Shown here: piece by piece, positions 1-12,774 of the stretch
Position numbering within the stretch: the first letter of the stretch is position 1
Layout: every line of letters starts with the position of its first letter
Assembly (NCBI RefSeq): GCF_004010195.1
Contig: NC_057711.1
Location: forward strand, 72,951,470-73,015,469
Direction of reading: 5' to 3'
From: Chiloscyllium plagiosum
Taxonomy: Eukaryota
Length of the DNA: 64,000 nt
Position numbers and translations under genes: made by a program
The notes under the pieces: generated by a model
Seen by the model: only the letters and a program-made list of their open reading frames with translations
The model's database searches: none
What the model was told of the DNA's origin: nothing

Positions 1-228
1 TATCACCCTCACCTTAACCTCCTTCCACCTATCGCATTTCCAACGCCCCTCCCCCAAGTCCCTCCTCCCTACCTTTTATCTTAGCCTGCTTGGCACACTT
101 TCCTCATTCCTGAAGAAGGGCTCATGCCCGAAACGTCGATTCTCCTGCTCCTTGGATGCTGCCTGATCTGCTGCGCTTTTCCAGCAACACATTTTCAGAT
201 CTGATCTCCAGCACTTTCTCCTAGAAGA
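1..228 (+). mobile_element. Penelope-like element (PLE) terminal repeat, family A
   Basis: Same ~200-bp unit (cctcctccctaccttttatc...cctgaagaagggc...gcccgaaacgtcg...ctgcctgacctgctg...tttccagc) recurs at 3.5k, 23.2-23.7k, 38.2-38.5k and 62.9k; PLE assignment from recalled family knowledge. Confidence 0.75.
110..137 (+). ncRNA. Minimal hammerhead ribozyme motif (family A)
   Basis: CTGAAGA-A-GGGC[tcat]GCCC-GAAA-CG-TC: conserved core, 4-bp stem II, palindromic ACGT stem III, GUC cleavage triplet. Confidence 0.7.
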
Positions 229-230
229 TT

Positions 231-358
231 TTTCCACCTTTACTCATTTTAAGACATCCAACACTTCCTCCTCTGTAATCTGGACATTTTGCAAGATGTC
301 ACCATCTATTTCCCTACAGTCTATATCTTCAATATCCTTTTCCACAGTAAATACTGAT
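231..358 (-). mobile_element. CR1/HER1 LINE internal fragment
   Basis: Highly similar to 41830-41945, the end of the larger CR1 copy. Confidence 0.65.
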
Positions 359-639
359 ATAAGTTTGTAGATGATGAGCCCTGAATTGAAGGTGTGTGTA
401 GGATTGAGTTGTTCACTAGCTAATTGGTTTGCAGGGACAAATCAATCTTGCTATAAAATGTACCCACTTGCTAGGTTGAGTAATCTGATATAAAACAAAG
501 TACAGACAATGTTGAAGGTCTGAAACAAACAAAAACAGAAATTGCAAAAGAAGCTCAACAGATCTAGCAGTATCTGTGGAGAAATGCTGACCCTTGAATA
601 ATTCTTGTCACATTTTATAAATTTCTACTTTGGAAATAG

Positions 640-1015
640 GACCTGTCTGACTCAAGATCGGAAACACATACAGACTTTGATCTCTCACCTTTTTCATGCA
701 TTGTCTGAGCTGAGATGCCACCTTTTTTAAATAAAACCTTAAGTTATCGTGGGAATGTGACTTGAAACAAGTTCTGTGATTTACATATTAATGAATGGAA
801 ACCTGCAGCCCATTCTAAAAGATGAAAGAAGTAACAGTAACCTAGGTTTGTTCAATGTATTGCAAACGTGTCTGACACTAGATATTTTGCTATAAATTCT
901 GTGTCCTATGATCCAACTCCACTAGCTACCTGACGAAGGAGCAGAGCTCCTAAAGCTTGTACTTTCAAATAATCCTGTTAGACTGTAACTTAGTGTTGTG
1001 ATTTTTAATTTTGAC
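640..1015 (+). mobile_element. PLE-type terminal repeat, family B, with degenerate hammerhead at 930-958
   Basis: CTGACGA-A-GGAGC[aga]GCTCC-tAAA-GC-TT (G12 mutated); shares sequence with 63845-64000. Confidence 0.6.
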
Positions 1016-1484
1016 CCTTGAAAGGTCACAGGACTCACCCTCAACCTGTTTCTCTCTCTCCTTCTCCACAAACGCTGCCAAACCTGTTGAGTTTCTCCAA
1101 CAATTTCTGCTTTTGAATGACATGATTATTTGATTAAACGCTACATGGCAGCTTTTTACGTGTACGAGTATTTCCATAACAGCTAGTTAAATGACTAGGG
1201 CAGTGAGGAGGGGAGGGGGGGATGGTTGTGGAAAGAGGAGAGTAATGAGGAAACTCTGTGGGCTCTCTGTCTGAATGGATCGGATTTCTCTTCTTACTCC
1301 CCTCCTCCATGAGGCAATGGTGTTAAGGATTGAATCGCTCATTGTTTAAGTCAAAAGCAATGGGAAGTTATTGAGCTTTAGACTAAGTAGATTGGTTAAA
1401 ATTATTCTAACTTTGATCAGTTTAAATGGTGTGGCGTTTTTAGAAAAGGTCTCTGACATTTGAAATGTTTTCTAGGCATCTCTG

Positions 1485-2015
1485 ACTGTAGCCGGGCTGT
1501 TGCCTCTTTCCGAGCAGCCTGAGACTTGCAGCCACTTGCTGCTCACAGGGGGACAAACTGGTTTCGGGGGCGAAACCTTTCACCAGATCTCAATGTTAGC
1601 CGACTGACTGTATCCTTCAGAGCGCAGTGGACCGTTTCTATAACCTCCCCGAAGCCAGGATGTGTGTCAAATGATATCAAGTTACAGGCTTGGTCTGATG
1701 CAACAGTGTCGAGCATGTAGCAGGAAGTGAAGTGAAATTTTAAACTTGGAGCGGACTGCCTTTTTAAAGTCCCTTGGATCCACGAAGCTTCAATGATCGC
1801 GGGGAGGTGGGAGTTGTCTTTATTTCCGCTGCCAACACTTGCTGACCGGGGAAGTGTGCAGGATAAGTTTTGGCACAAATCGGCATTTGCTGGCGTTTGT
1901 GTGGGTTTAAGGCCTGGAGGCAGAGAGCTGACTCGGCGGAAATATCTCCCAACAATACACCGATATCGGCCGTCTCTTCGGAACAGCTACAAATCCAGCA
2001 AGACATCATCGGAGC
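1485..2015. promoter_or_regulatory. CpG-enriched, promoter-like region upstream of the candidate GRAMD2B first exon
   Basis: More than 20 CpG in ~530 bp against CpG-poor flanks; not recognisable as a repeat; ETS-type GGAAGT motifs. Confidence 0.5.
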
Positions 2016-2680
2016 CTTTACTTGTGTTTAATACTTAAATCTTTTGTGCTTTCTTTTTTTTTTAGAAAAGTCATTTGGTAATGCAATGCTTGAAGTTGAA
2101 TGCCCAAGTGAACTCACTCCTTCATGGAGCCCCGTTTAATGCTCAGGCACATATTCTCTGTCATTCTTAGTCTGTTCTTAAGCATTTGGGTTGACGCAGC
2201 CTGATCCTTTTAAAACACTTTTTTTTGTTTTAATGTTGAACTTTTTCCAGAAGCTAAGGGGTTATAATTCTATCAAGGTTTTCAAGTTAAGCTTTGCCCT
2301 TGTACCTTTTTTGATTTCTCCTCACCCCCTCACTGGTTATGTTGGTACATTTCCTCTGGGCACGAGTGGAGCAAATCCTGGGAAACCAGAATTGCCCTTT
2401 ATGACTGCAGTTTGAAATGCAGTGGCAGTCGATGTGTTGATTATCATACAGATTTAATTATTAATGTTCTTTTTGTCTTCATTTGTCAGCTGCTTACAAT
2501 GCAAGTGAAGGGTGTGTTTGTGTGAAAGGGAGGAGAGAAAACAGGAACAGGATAGACACACATGACAGGAGCAGCTTTGGGTTTTTTTTTCCACCTGCCT
2601 GTTACTGATTTGAAAAATTTGTTGAGATGAAACCGATTGAAGTCGGTCAAAATTTGACAAGTTCAGATGTCCTTACTTAA

Positions 2681-2691
2681 ATGAGCCTCCG
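2681..2691 (+). CDS. GRAMD2B: Candidate first coding exon of GRAMD2B (MSLR, phase 2)
   Basis: ATG AGC CTC CG|gtgagt strong donor; phase 2 matches the exon at 5976 (C TCA GAG); lies downstream of the CpG-rich region. Confidence 0.5.
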
Positions 2692-3478
2692 GTGAGTGCT
2701 TTTAGATAGTGGCAAATATCCTTTGGTTAATTTTCTGTGTGCAGTGGTTGCCATTTTCAGAAATCAAATTGGCTTGCATTCTATTGTTACATTCCAAAAG
2801 GATCTATTCATCATTAAATTATTTTTTCCTAACATATTGATTTGCACTTTTAAAAACCAGTGCAGTTTACTTTTTGATTTATTAGAGACTCTAGGGCAGT
2901 GCATTGAAATAGCATTGGGTTGTCTAAAATCTTTGTGCTACCATCTTCTTTTGTCATTAATGGTAGAAATACATAGCTTTGCATTTATTTCAATGGACAT
3001 CCTGAATACGGTGTTTGAGGGTTTAAATGCTCTTTGTCCACAATTAGAATAGCAAGAAAATTGGAGGGAATTCATTTGTCAGATTTACAGTCAGTACAGC
3101 TTGTTACAGTAAATAGTTATGTTATTCAAGTACCATTCCTCTTAAATGTAATTATTAGTCCATCCTTTCTCTCTTTGCCAACATAGTACACAGAAAATAT
3201 AGACTGGTGTTCACAAGCATGATGAAAATCAATGCAACTTCAAGGGAAATCAATAGTCAATTTCAGTTTGCATCTGGTAATATGCTTAATAGCATGAGTA
3301 AATGGATGACTTTTTTTAAAAGGTATCGAGCAAAACCATACAATAGCGGCATTTACAAGGAGCGCATTTATGCTTTTTGATTATTTTGTGCAGCCTTTTC
3401 TAATAGGAAGCTCCTTCTTCATGGCTGACCAAACCTATCTTAACTTTTGTAAAGTTTGAGTCTTATAAGCTTTTATGG

Positions 3479-3756
3479 GCTGAAAATGTGTTGCTGAAAC
3501 AGCGCAGCAGGTCAGGCAGCATCCAGGGAACAGGAGAATCGACGTTTCGGGCATAAGCCCTTCTTCAGCATCTGCAGACCTCACTTTCTCCTCAAAGATT
3601 TTAACCTACTGCGAATTCTCTTACAAGGATGCCTTCCTTGACAAAGCTCTCTTCCTCCCTCTACAAAGTCCCTGGATGCTGCCTGACCTGCTGCGCTGTT
3701 CCAGCAACACATTTTCAGCTCTGATCTCCAGCATCTGCAGACCTCACTTTCTCCTC
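3479..3756. mobile_element. Rearranged PLE insertion (inverted terminal-repeat pieces) with 13-bp TSD
   Basis: TAAGCTTTTATGG at 3466-3478 and 3757-3769; hammerhead core on the - strand at 3541-3568. Confidence 0.75.
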
Positions 3757-5975
3757 TAAGCTTTTATGGAAACTGTAAAGATTATAGTAAAAACGTATCC
3801 TCACTTTAAACTTCCATTTTGTAATTTTTAAAAGAAAAAATACATGGGAAACTTTTCATGGGCTAAAATCACTTCAAACAGGAAAGACTTTGATTTGAGA
3901 TGGCCACAATGATAAGTTAACCACTCCTGAAACCATCAATAGATGACATATAAACTAGGAACTGGAGTAGGCCATTTGGCTTTTTGAGCCTGCTGTGTCA
4001 TACAATATGATCGTGACCAGGCATCCAACTTGTTATTCTATTCCCATGTTCAACCCATACCTTGTGATACCTTTTAGCCCTAAGAATTACATCCATTTCC
4101 TACTTTTAAAGCATTAAGATTTTTGGCTTCAAACACTTTGTGGCGGAGAATCATACGGGCTGTCTGTTGGAAGAAATTTCTCCAGGATTTGAAATTAACA
4201 TGCAAAGTGCCTGAAATCAATCACTCCAATCCCTATGTCCTGTTTGATTTACACCTTACATTCCAAAGTGAAATTTCCAGTAAGTCACATGCATATTAAC
4301 CAACTTAGAAATACAAACTTGGAATAAAAGCCAAAAACATACACTAGTATCTATTTCTGAAAGACTATAAAGAACGTAGGAGCAAAAGTAAGCCATTCAT
4401 TTCAGGCAACATCTTTGGGCAGTGAAGAAAATGGATTCATAACAGCAGAACTGGAAGGCTTCCTCTTGAGAAACAGTACCAGATGATAAAGTAAATTAGG
4501 CAATCGTTCATCACTGAGAACTCAAACATAACATTGCTCTGTTGAAGAAGATTTAAAATGGATTTTAAAATCAATCAACTCCTGGTTAGATTAACCCCAC
4601 AGGCTCTAAGGACATGCTAAATTACATGTCCTTGGTTGTGTTTTTCTCCCCTTTAAACTTTGATACCTGTTTGTATGTTTCTCCTTTATTTCACTCCATA
4701 CTTTGTAATTGGCTTCTCAGTTTTGAGCCAGTGAAGTAGTTTTAATTGAAATATAATAGTTGCGTCATTTAAAAATACAGTTTGTGGACAATCAAGGGGA
4801 CGAAAGTAAGTTGACTCACCTCTTCACCTGTTGATAACAAAGTATGAACAGAAAGTTGTCAATTCTTTGCATTAATTACACATTCAAATTTTTTTCTTTT
4901 TCATTATTTGCACCTTTCCCGCTCCCCAAACCCATTTGGTCACTGACTTGCCATGATGTGGTTTCCACACCACAGTAGCTCACCAACCTCTCTCTGAAGT
5001 TTCCAACTTTGGTGAATCTTGCTATCAGAACTTCCTGGTTTGATCACCGATGACTGTGAAATCTGACATTTGCAGAGGTTCAATTTACAGTCAGTAATTA
5101 ACAGACAGAAGTCAGTGTCCCTCCAATTCTGGCCCAGTTTGGAGTAATTCCTACAACAGTTGTCTCTACAAGGCAACAGTTCAAGTTTGAACCTATGTCA
5201 TGATCTTTTGGTCTCTGTGGCTTGGTTGTATAGTTTACCCATTGGCCAGCTATGTTGTTTCAATGAGTGAATGGATCAGTGAACTGTTAAAAGCTATACT
5301 TTTATATTTATTTAACTGGCAGTTTGAGTATTTGTTGTCTTATCAAACTGATGGGAATTATGTCAGCATGGCAGGTGAAGGGGTGAGTTGCAACTTTGGC
5401 CTTTTGACTTCAGCAAAAGAAAACAAAGTTGGGTGTCACTTGTGCCCTCCCCCATAACACATTTGGGGTAGGCAAAGGGAATTTTGGAAGGAATTCCAAA
5501 AATTCCATTTCTGATCATTATCCAACAACCATTGCTAAAAATGTTTCCAAATGTTAGATGCAAATCTGGAATACAGCGGGATATAAAATATCCACATAGC
5601 AAAGCTTGTAATTTTAGATTTGTGTCTTGGATAACATAAATTCAATTTTAACCTGACTCTGACAGGAGGAATCCACATTAATTGACATAAATGTCAGCAA
5701 CTGGCTCACAGATGCTAGCTTCTCAGATTGAAATTAAAATTGAGCTAATGAGCAAATTTAATGTATAATAAAATAGAGATCATCACTCTTCATTAAATCA
5801 ATGAAAGCCAGTACATTACAGGCTAGTGTAAGCTGTTTGTTTAGTGAACCTTCCTAGAATGCACCAACACTGTAAGAACATTGCCACTGTAGCTTGCTTA
5901 AAACTGGATTTTCTTCATAGAATGCTTGTTTTCTTTTCTGCTGAATGGTCTGCAATCTAATGAATTTGTTTGCAG

Positions 5976-6104
5976 CTCAGAGCCAGAAAATGCAGGAGCG
6001 GAAGATAAACCAAAGAAAGCTGGGAAATTGCTTAATCAACAATTACAGTCTCTGAATCTGGATGCAGAAATATTTGAAACCAAGAAGAGAAATTATCTAA
6101 CCAG
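5976..6104 (+). CDS. GRAMD2B: GRAMD2B exon (SEPENAGAEDKPKKAGKLLNQQLQSLNLDAEIFETKKRNYLTR)
   Basis: tttgcag acceptor, AG|gtaaga donor; resembles the N-terminal SEAENG...KK exon of GRAMD2B. Confidence 0.85.
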
Positions 6105-6924
6105 GTAAGAGATCCACTGTTGCACTATACCCACCACTGACTGACAAACCACCAAATGTGTAGACTGGATACATTGGACTATTCTGTATGTTGATTTTCT
6201 GTAATGGTGCCAAGGTTGTTAAATTTGTGGAACACTACAATATTCTTGTATCCTAATGAATCTAAATATTTCCTTCAGCTAAGTGTTTTAATTTTATTGG
6301 GGGAGAGGCTTTTATACTATTGTACTGCCAGTTTAAAATTGAAACTGAATATGTACCTGTTTTAAGACTTAGTTAATTGCCAATATAAATTTTGAATGCT
6401 AGTTGAAACATTTGGTTTTTAAATATGGTTCACAGAAATTTGAGCACAGTTGGTTTGGAGATTGTCAAGTGTATATACCACATCTAGATTTTCCTTTGCT
6501 TCGAAGTAATTTTACTATTCGTTAATACAAGTGCTAATATTTGAATAAAGAGCCAACCACACAGTGTGAGTTACAGAACCTGCGGAGTTAATAAACTTAA
6601 AGTGATGTTGTATGTAAAGTTGAAATAAGCAAATTGTGGGCCTAATTTTAATTACATTGATGAATATGGTAACTTTGACTTTTTAATGTAGATTTCATTG
6701 GGAAATCTTTTAATGGGAATTTCCATACTTCATTTTTCTCATTAGATAATCAAAAACGTAACTTAGTCATGCAGTGCAATTTATAATATTTAAATCTGAT
6801 TTAAAAGATAATCCACATTTTGTTTTCCAAATTTATAGGAGTGGTATTTGTTTTAGTTCCCTTTCTTAATTAATACATCTTGGTATCTAGAATTTGCTCT
6901 GCATCAAAAGGCAGAGTATTGTTT

Positions 6925-7600
6925 AAATGGGAAGAGAAACTCCTGAGAAAAATGTGTAACACGGGGATTTGGTTGTTCTTGTGCATGAAACACAAAATGT
7001 TAACATGCAAGTGCGACAAGTAATTAAGAAGGCAAATCGAATTTTGGCATTTTATTGCCATTTGGTTAGAATGTAAAAATAGGCAAATATTTTTCAACCG
7101 TTGTGTGTTGGTGCGGCTGCACATTGAGTACTGTGTATTGTTGTGATCCCCATGTTACTGGCATTGGATGCCGTTCAAAAGAGACTCGCTATAGGGTGGT
7201 ACCTGGGATGAAGGAGCTGACTTATCAAGAACAGTTTAGGCCTTTATTCAATAGCTTTTAGAAGAATAAGGGATGATCTTGTTGAAATGTACAAGATTCT
7301 GAGGGGCTTGATGGTGTAGATGTTAAGCTGTTTCCATTATTGGGCGAGTCGTAAGCTAAGGGACATGGTTACAGAAAAAGAGACATTCATTTAAAATGGA
7401 GAAATGAAGGAATTTCTTCTGAGGGTTGTGAATATTTGGAATTCTCTACTGTAGGGACTGTGGAGCTAGATTACTGAAATTATGTAAAGAGGAGGTAGAT
7501 ACATTATTGAAATATTGAGGAGTTTAGGTTATGATGGGGTAAAGACAGAGGAATTGAGGCCTTTGGCAGATCAGCCATGATATTATAATATGATGAAGGA
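6925..7600 (+). mobile_element. Degraded CR1-clade LINE 3' region
   Basis: Decayed RT C-terminal motifs (cacattgagtactgtgt, gggatgatcttgttgaaatgtacaagattctgagggg) and tail (gatcagccatgat). Confidence 0.65.
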
Positions 7601-9412
7601 GGCTTTCTTAGGTTAAAGATTATGCAGCTGACATGTGTAAAAGAGTCAGCATAGTGAATTGAGCTGCTTTTAATACCTACCCTTGCAAATTCTTCTAATT
7701 GGCTTAACATTTTGAAAAAAATTAGGATTAGTATGATTGCCTTTTGGTACTCAGCACAGAACTGGCTTTGATTACTTGACTCAACAATCTATGAATATTT
7801 ATGTATGATATACTTTTAAGAATCTTAAGGGCTGCTAGGCAGCTGAGAAATAAGTTGTTCAATCCGAAGCTTCACCAGCATAATATCATTTGAACCAAAA
7901 TGCGGCAAGTATCGTTTGTTTATTTCGATGAAAAAATGTTGTACTTTTTCAGAAGAATGAGCCATGTTGTGTTGAAGTAAATGTTAATAAAATGAAGTGT
8001 CAGCTTGTAACTTCCTTATAGCATTTTATTCTTGTTCTGCATTGAAGTTTAAATGTTTTGTGTTGACACTTTACTGTAAAATCAAAGGTCTGTGATGCCT
8101 TTTCTCCCCTTTTGATATTCCTTTTTCAGGGTTGATTCTGAATTTTCCAACTATTGTTTACCGTGTGATCATTGGTTCAGTACCAAGTGTGTCTTTAACC
8201 TTGAAATATGAAAGTGATGGAATTAGTTCTGTTGCGCACTTGCTTTGAAATTTGCAAACCAAGGTCATTTTCAACTTCTTCTAAACGAGTGAGAAAGTGG
8301 GGAACCTTCTGGGGAACTAAAGCCCTGTTTGAAATGGCTCCGACAGCACAGCAGGTGCCTCTAATTAAGAACAGGTGGTCATGTAGACTTAAGAAGTTTA
8401 TAAGATGTCTGAAGTCACGGAACCATACTGGAGAGCTGGGGTTTGGCTAATGATTGTTTCTGTGACCTTCCCTGCTCTCCCTGAAAATAATATAAGATGT
8501 AAACTGGAGGTGGGAGCAGCCATCTCCAGTGCATACATGATGGGCTGATTGGCCTCCTTCTGACCTGTAACAGTTGTGTGAAAGTTGTATTACATCTGTC
8601 CATCACTTACTGGCATTTGGTTTTCTTAAATGATATCACATTTTCTATGTGGAAATAAATTTTCGGTTTGTTTTTTACATCATGAGTGACTTCCTGTAAA
8701 GATCCTAAAATTGCAGTCTTCTATATAGAAGTGACCCTCTTTTATCTCTTTCCCTGTCACCCCACCCCACCAATTCCCATGATTTAATATTAATTGGTAT
8801 GACCTTTCTTAAACTCATCTAATTGCTCTTAAACAAACCGTTATGTTGATCTCCAATAGTGCTACCTCCTCAGTGTTCATTGACTCCATTGCCGATCGTC
8901 GCTGACTATTTATGTTCATATCTTGTCCTGCTACTGTAGTATTGGGCAAACATTTTACTGTTACACTTGTGATGCAGTGTTTAAGTGAAATTTAGACATC
9001 TCTGATGACATTGCTAATGTGTTTCTGTATGCTGCTGTTCTGTTCATCCCCATGAACCCCTTCATCCTTTCTCTTTATGGGATTTATAGAAGTAATCTTT
9101 CTTTGGCACTATAATTTATTTCATCTAATTCAGATCGTGCCTCTTTAATCTGTTTTAGTTATGTACTAGACTTGCATATCCATCATTATTCCTTTCATGT
9201 GTTCGACTGAAATGCTGATAAAATTTCTTCTAAGATCCATCTGTTCTCTTTTTTTTCTTTGGTCTTCACAGTTTTATATACCTCACTGTCAAGAGCATTG
9301 TCCATGTTCACGTTAAAATTGCATGTTCTCTGGAGGTACTACAACTTCTGTTTCCTGTATATTGATGAAATATTTACAAATATGTTGCCAGTACGTGTAT
9401 TGCCTCTTGCAA

Positions 9413-9912
9413 NNNNNNNNNNNNNNNNNNNNNNNNNNNNNNNNNNNNNNNNNNNNNNNNNNNNNNNNNNNNNNNNNNNNNNNNNNNNNNNNNNNNNNNN
9501 NNNNNNNNNNNNNNNNNNNNNNNNNNNNNNNNNNNNNNNNNNNNNNNNNNNNNNNNNNNNNNNNNNNNNNNNNNNNNNNNNNNNNNNNNNNNNNNNNNNN
9601 NNNNNNNNNNNNNNNNNNNNNNNNNNNNNNNNNNNNNNNNNNNNNNNNNNNNNNNNNNNNNNNNNNNNNNNNNNNNNNNNNNNNNNNNNNNNNNNNNNNN
9701 NNNNNNNNNNNNNNNNNNNNNNNNNNNNNNNNNNNNNNNNNNNNNNNNNNNNNNNNNNNNNNNNNNNNNNNNNNNNNNNNNNNNNNNNNNNNNNNNNNNN
9801 NNNNNNNNNNNNNNNNNNNNNNNNNNNNNNNNNNNNNNNNNNNNNNNNNNNNNNNNNNNNNNNNNNNNNNNNNNNNNNNNNNNNNNNNNNNNNNNNNNNN
9901 NNNNNNNNNNNN
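9413..9912. other. Assembly gap (500 N)
   Basis: Run of N. Confidence 1.
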
Positions 9913-10324
9913 AGAAGGAGTTAAATATAGTTCTTGGGGCTGAAGGAATCAAAGGGTATGACTAAAAAGCATGAACAGGGTATTGAGTTGGATGATCAGC
10001 CATGATGATTTTGAATGAAGGGTTGAAAGGACTATTGTTTTCCTATTTTCCTGTTTCTATATTTATATGTTGCAAAGTGATTGATACCATCTGACAGTCT
10101 TACTTTTAAGGTCTACTAAGCCAGAGGCAGCAGTGGGGTTTTTATTCCTGGGGGAGAAAGGCTTAAGTGATCGGAATGTGATCACTTAATGGTGTGTCTA
10201 ACTGCCAGACTGGAGAGAACAGACAGTCCCACTGGGGTGGGAGTTGGGGAGGGAAGACATGGTGGCAGAGAATGTAATAAGTAAAACTAAAAGAAAAGAA
10301 AGGAATGCAATTGGGTTCACAATC

Positions 10325-10420
10325 TGAAGCTGTTGAACTCCATATCAATTCCATCAGGTTGTAAAGTGCCCAGACTAATGATGTTGTTCCTCTAGTTTGT
10401 GCTGTTATTGGCTGGAGCAT
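10325..10420 (-). mobile_element. Degraded PLE GIY-YIG C-terminal fragment
   Basis: Reverse strand reads roughly KLEEQH..LGTLQPDGIDMEFN. Confidence 0.55.
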
Positions 10421-11289
10421 TGATGGGCAAGTGAGATTTTTTTTTGATCATTTAACTTTAAGGTTAGGAAAATACCATTGAAATTAGAATATAAAGTATG
10501 GGGATTCTTTTCAGCTGTATGAAACAATGCTAGGGCCGTAATTCAGTTACCTTTCAAAACATGTTCTGAAATGCAAAACACAAATGGCATGGTGCTCATG
10601 TGCTCTAGTATTATGTATGCCAGATCCCCTTGCAGACACAGCAGAGCCAGCAGGTCTTCTAATCTGACTTGTGTGTATTGTATTGCAATCCTGTTGGAGA
10701 TCAAGAAAAGTTCAAATATCCAAACTTTATATGTCAACAGAAATTAAACAAGTGTCATAAACTTAAATAGCTGATAAAGATTTATACTGTAAGCCTAGTT
10801 GTACTTATTCTGCCCAAGAGTTTCCCTTCTTACATATCACAAGAATCTTAGAGGTTTTAATTTGCTTTACTATTCCTGGGACTAATCCAAAGTTATGCTG
10901 CAGGCCTCTGGACATTCATTCCAATTCTCCTCTGTATTCCAGCTTTCCCCAAGACACATGATGTTTTGTATGTTTCCTATGGGTTTTAACTAAGTGACTC
11001 TTCATTTTTCTTTTCCTTTTATAAAAACACATGATTGTAAACTTAATAGCAACTAGTTTATTGACAGAAAGTCAACTGCCTAATTGCATCCCTCCAAGCT
11101 AATTCTGGTATTAAAAACCGTGATATAGAAATTCAACAGGTCTGAAGGCAGCTGTAGAGAAAAATGTTTGGGGTCCAATGTAACTTCTTCAAAATTAACA
11201 AGTATGGGAAATGTGATTTTCTTTTTTTACTTTACTAAATGGTGGGGAAGAGCATGAGAAAGGGACCATGGGAGAAGGATTATGGAGAG

Positions 11290-11680
11290 GGAACCTTGCC
11301 ATGCAATTGAAGAGGTGTAATATTTGCTCTTTTGCCTTCACCCTCCTTACTCTCCAAGGCCCCAAGCGCGCACTCAAAGTGAAGCAACTTGTACCTCCTT
11401 CAATCCTCTCTATCTTTTTATTCTGTGCTCACAAACATTGTGGCGATGGAATGCAAACTGGGAGACCAGTTGGCAGAACATCTCTGTCCACAGGCATGTT
11501 TACAGCTTTTGGGTTCTATTTTTAGTTGCACCATCTTGCTCTTTACCTCGCAATTCTGTTTTAGGTCTGCAGCAAATTCCAGTAAAACCCAGCGCAAGGT
11601 GGTTGAACAGCAGTTCATTTTGATTTAGACACTTTTTGCTATCTTCTGTACTCAACATTTGGTTTCGCAACTTCACACCA
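11290..11680 (+). mobile_element. Degraded PLE GIY-YIG endonuclease fragment
   Basis: Frameshifted PCN.KRCNIC..QGPK..KVKQ..TCTS, KLGDQLAEHL, SVLGL..QRKVVEQQFIL motifs. Confidence 0.6.
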
Positions 11681-12704
11681 TGAACTCTGCCCTCCATGTG
11701 TGGCAGGCTTTGGGATATTCTCAAACAGAAATAGAAACTAATTCTTTTGTCTTCATTGCAACTGTTTGATTTCATACCTGTTGTGATTAATTTATATTGT
11801 TAATGGATGTAATTGTCCTGTTCCCTAACTTTGTCTATCAAGCTGCTTTCACTTTCCTTTTTATATCTGGGAAATATACTTGCAATACAAATCTTTTGTT
11901 GAAGTTAAGACTAGATCACCTGACTACATTTAAGCTCAGACACCCTATTTTCACACTCTTATCAAATGGGTTTATAAGATAAACAAAGGTTGGCTTTTAA
12001 CCGTATTTAACTCCAGAATTGTTTGAATTGCATTCACCTGAAAATGCGTGCCAATTTATTTCCATTTATCTTTATCCTCCATTCCAAAAGCTGGAAATTC
12101 TATTCTAAGCTCACGAATCGTGAACTACAATTGTGTACAGCCTCCCAGGATCTGAACTACTGAGAACTGATACAGAATACCTACCATTGCCAATTGGCTT
12201 AAGATCTGGTAACTGAAAGCAGAGGTCAAGTTTCACTAAGTTGCATGCTTTCACTAAATCATATGATATCAAAATACAGTGGGTGTTGGAGAACTGAAAT
12301 TAGAACAGAAAATGTTGGAAAAGCTCAAAAGCCAGGTGGCATCAATGGAGAAAGGGGAGAAAGGAACAGTTGATATTTTGTGTCAATAGCCTTTCGTGAG
12401 AATTGAAACCATTTAGAGATGTGAAAGAGAGCAAATGAACAACAGTGTCTGCAATATGATACCAAGCTGGCAAAAATTTGATGCAAGATTAAAGGAAGTG
12501 GCAGTGGTAACTAAATCACTACAGAAAATAATGGGAACCAGTAAAATCTGCCATTCCCTTTAGTTATACAATAGAAATAAAACAGGAAAGCAGTGGAAAT
12601 TATTATAACCAATTCTTCTTTACTTTTAAATATCCCTCTTTAACGTGGAGGGATGGAGAAAGATAAGTAAGTGATCATTTTTACTTTTCTTTTTTTTTCA
12701 TTAG

Positions 12705-12774
12705 CTTTCCAAGACTAACGCAACCTATCACAAGCTCTTTAAACACGTTGAAAAGGATGAAATATTAAAACAAA
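12705..12774 (+). CDS. GRAMD2B: GRAMD2B exon, GRAM domain start (LSKTNATYHKLFKHVEKDEILKQ)
   Basis: Polypyrimidine tract + ttag, gtaagt donor; YHKLF GRAM motif. Confidence 0.95.

Noticed and set aside
9259..9952. Long ORFs of 192-221 aa in the ORF track
   Set aside because: Artefacts of the N gap.
11565..11598. Phase-compatible micro-exon (RSAANSSKTQRK) that could fill the missing GRAMD2B exon
   Set aside because: It lies inside a decayed PLE GIY-YIG fragment, has a weak donor (gtggtt), and does not resemble the orthologous exon.
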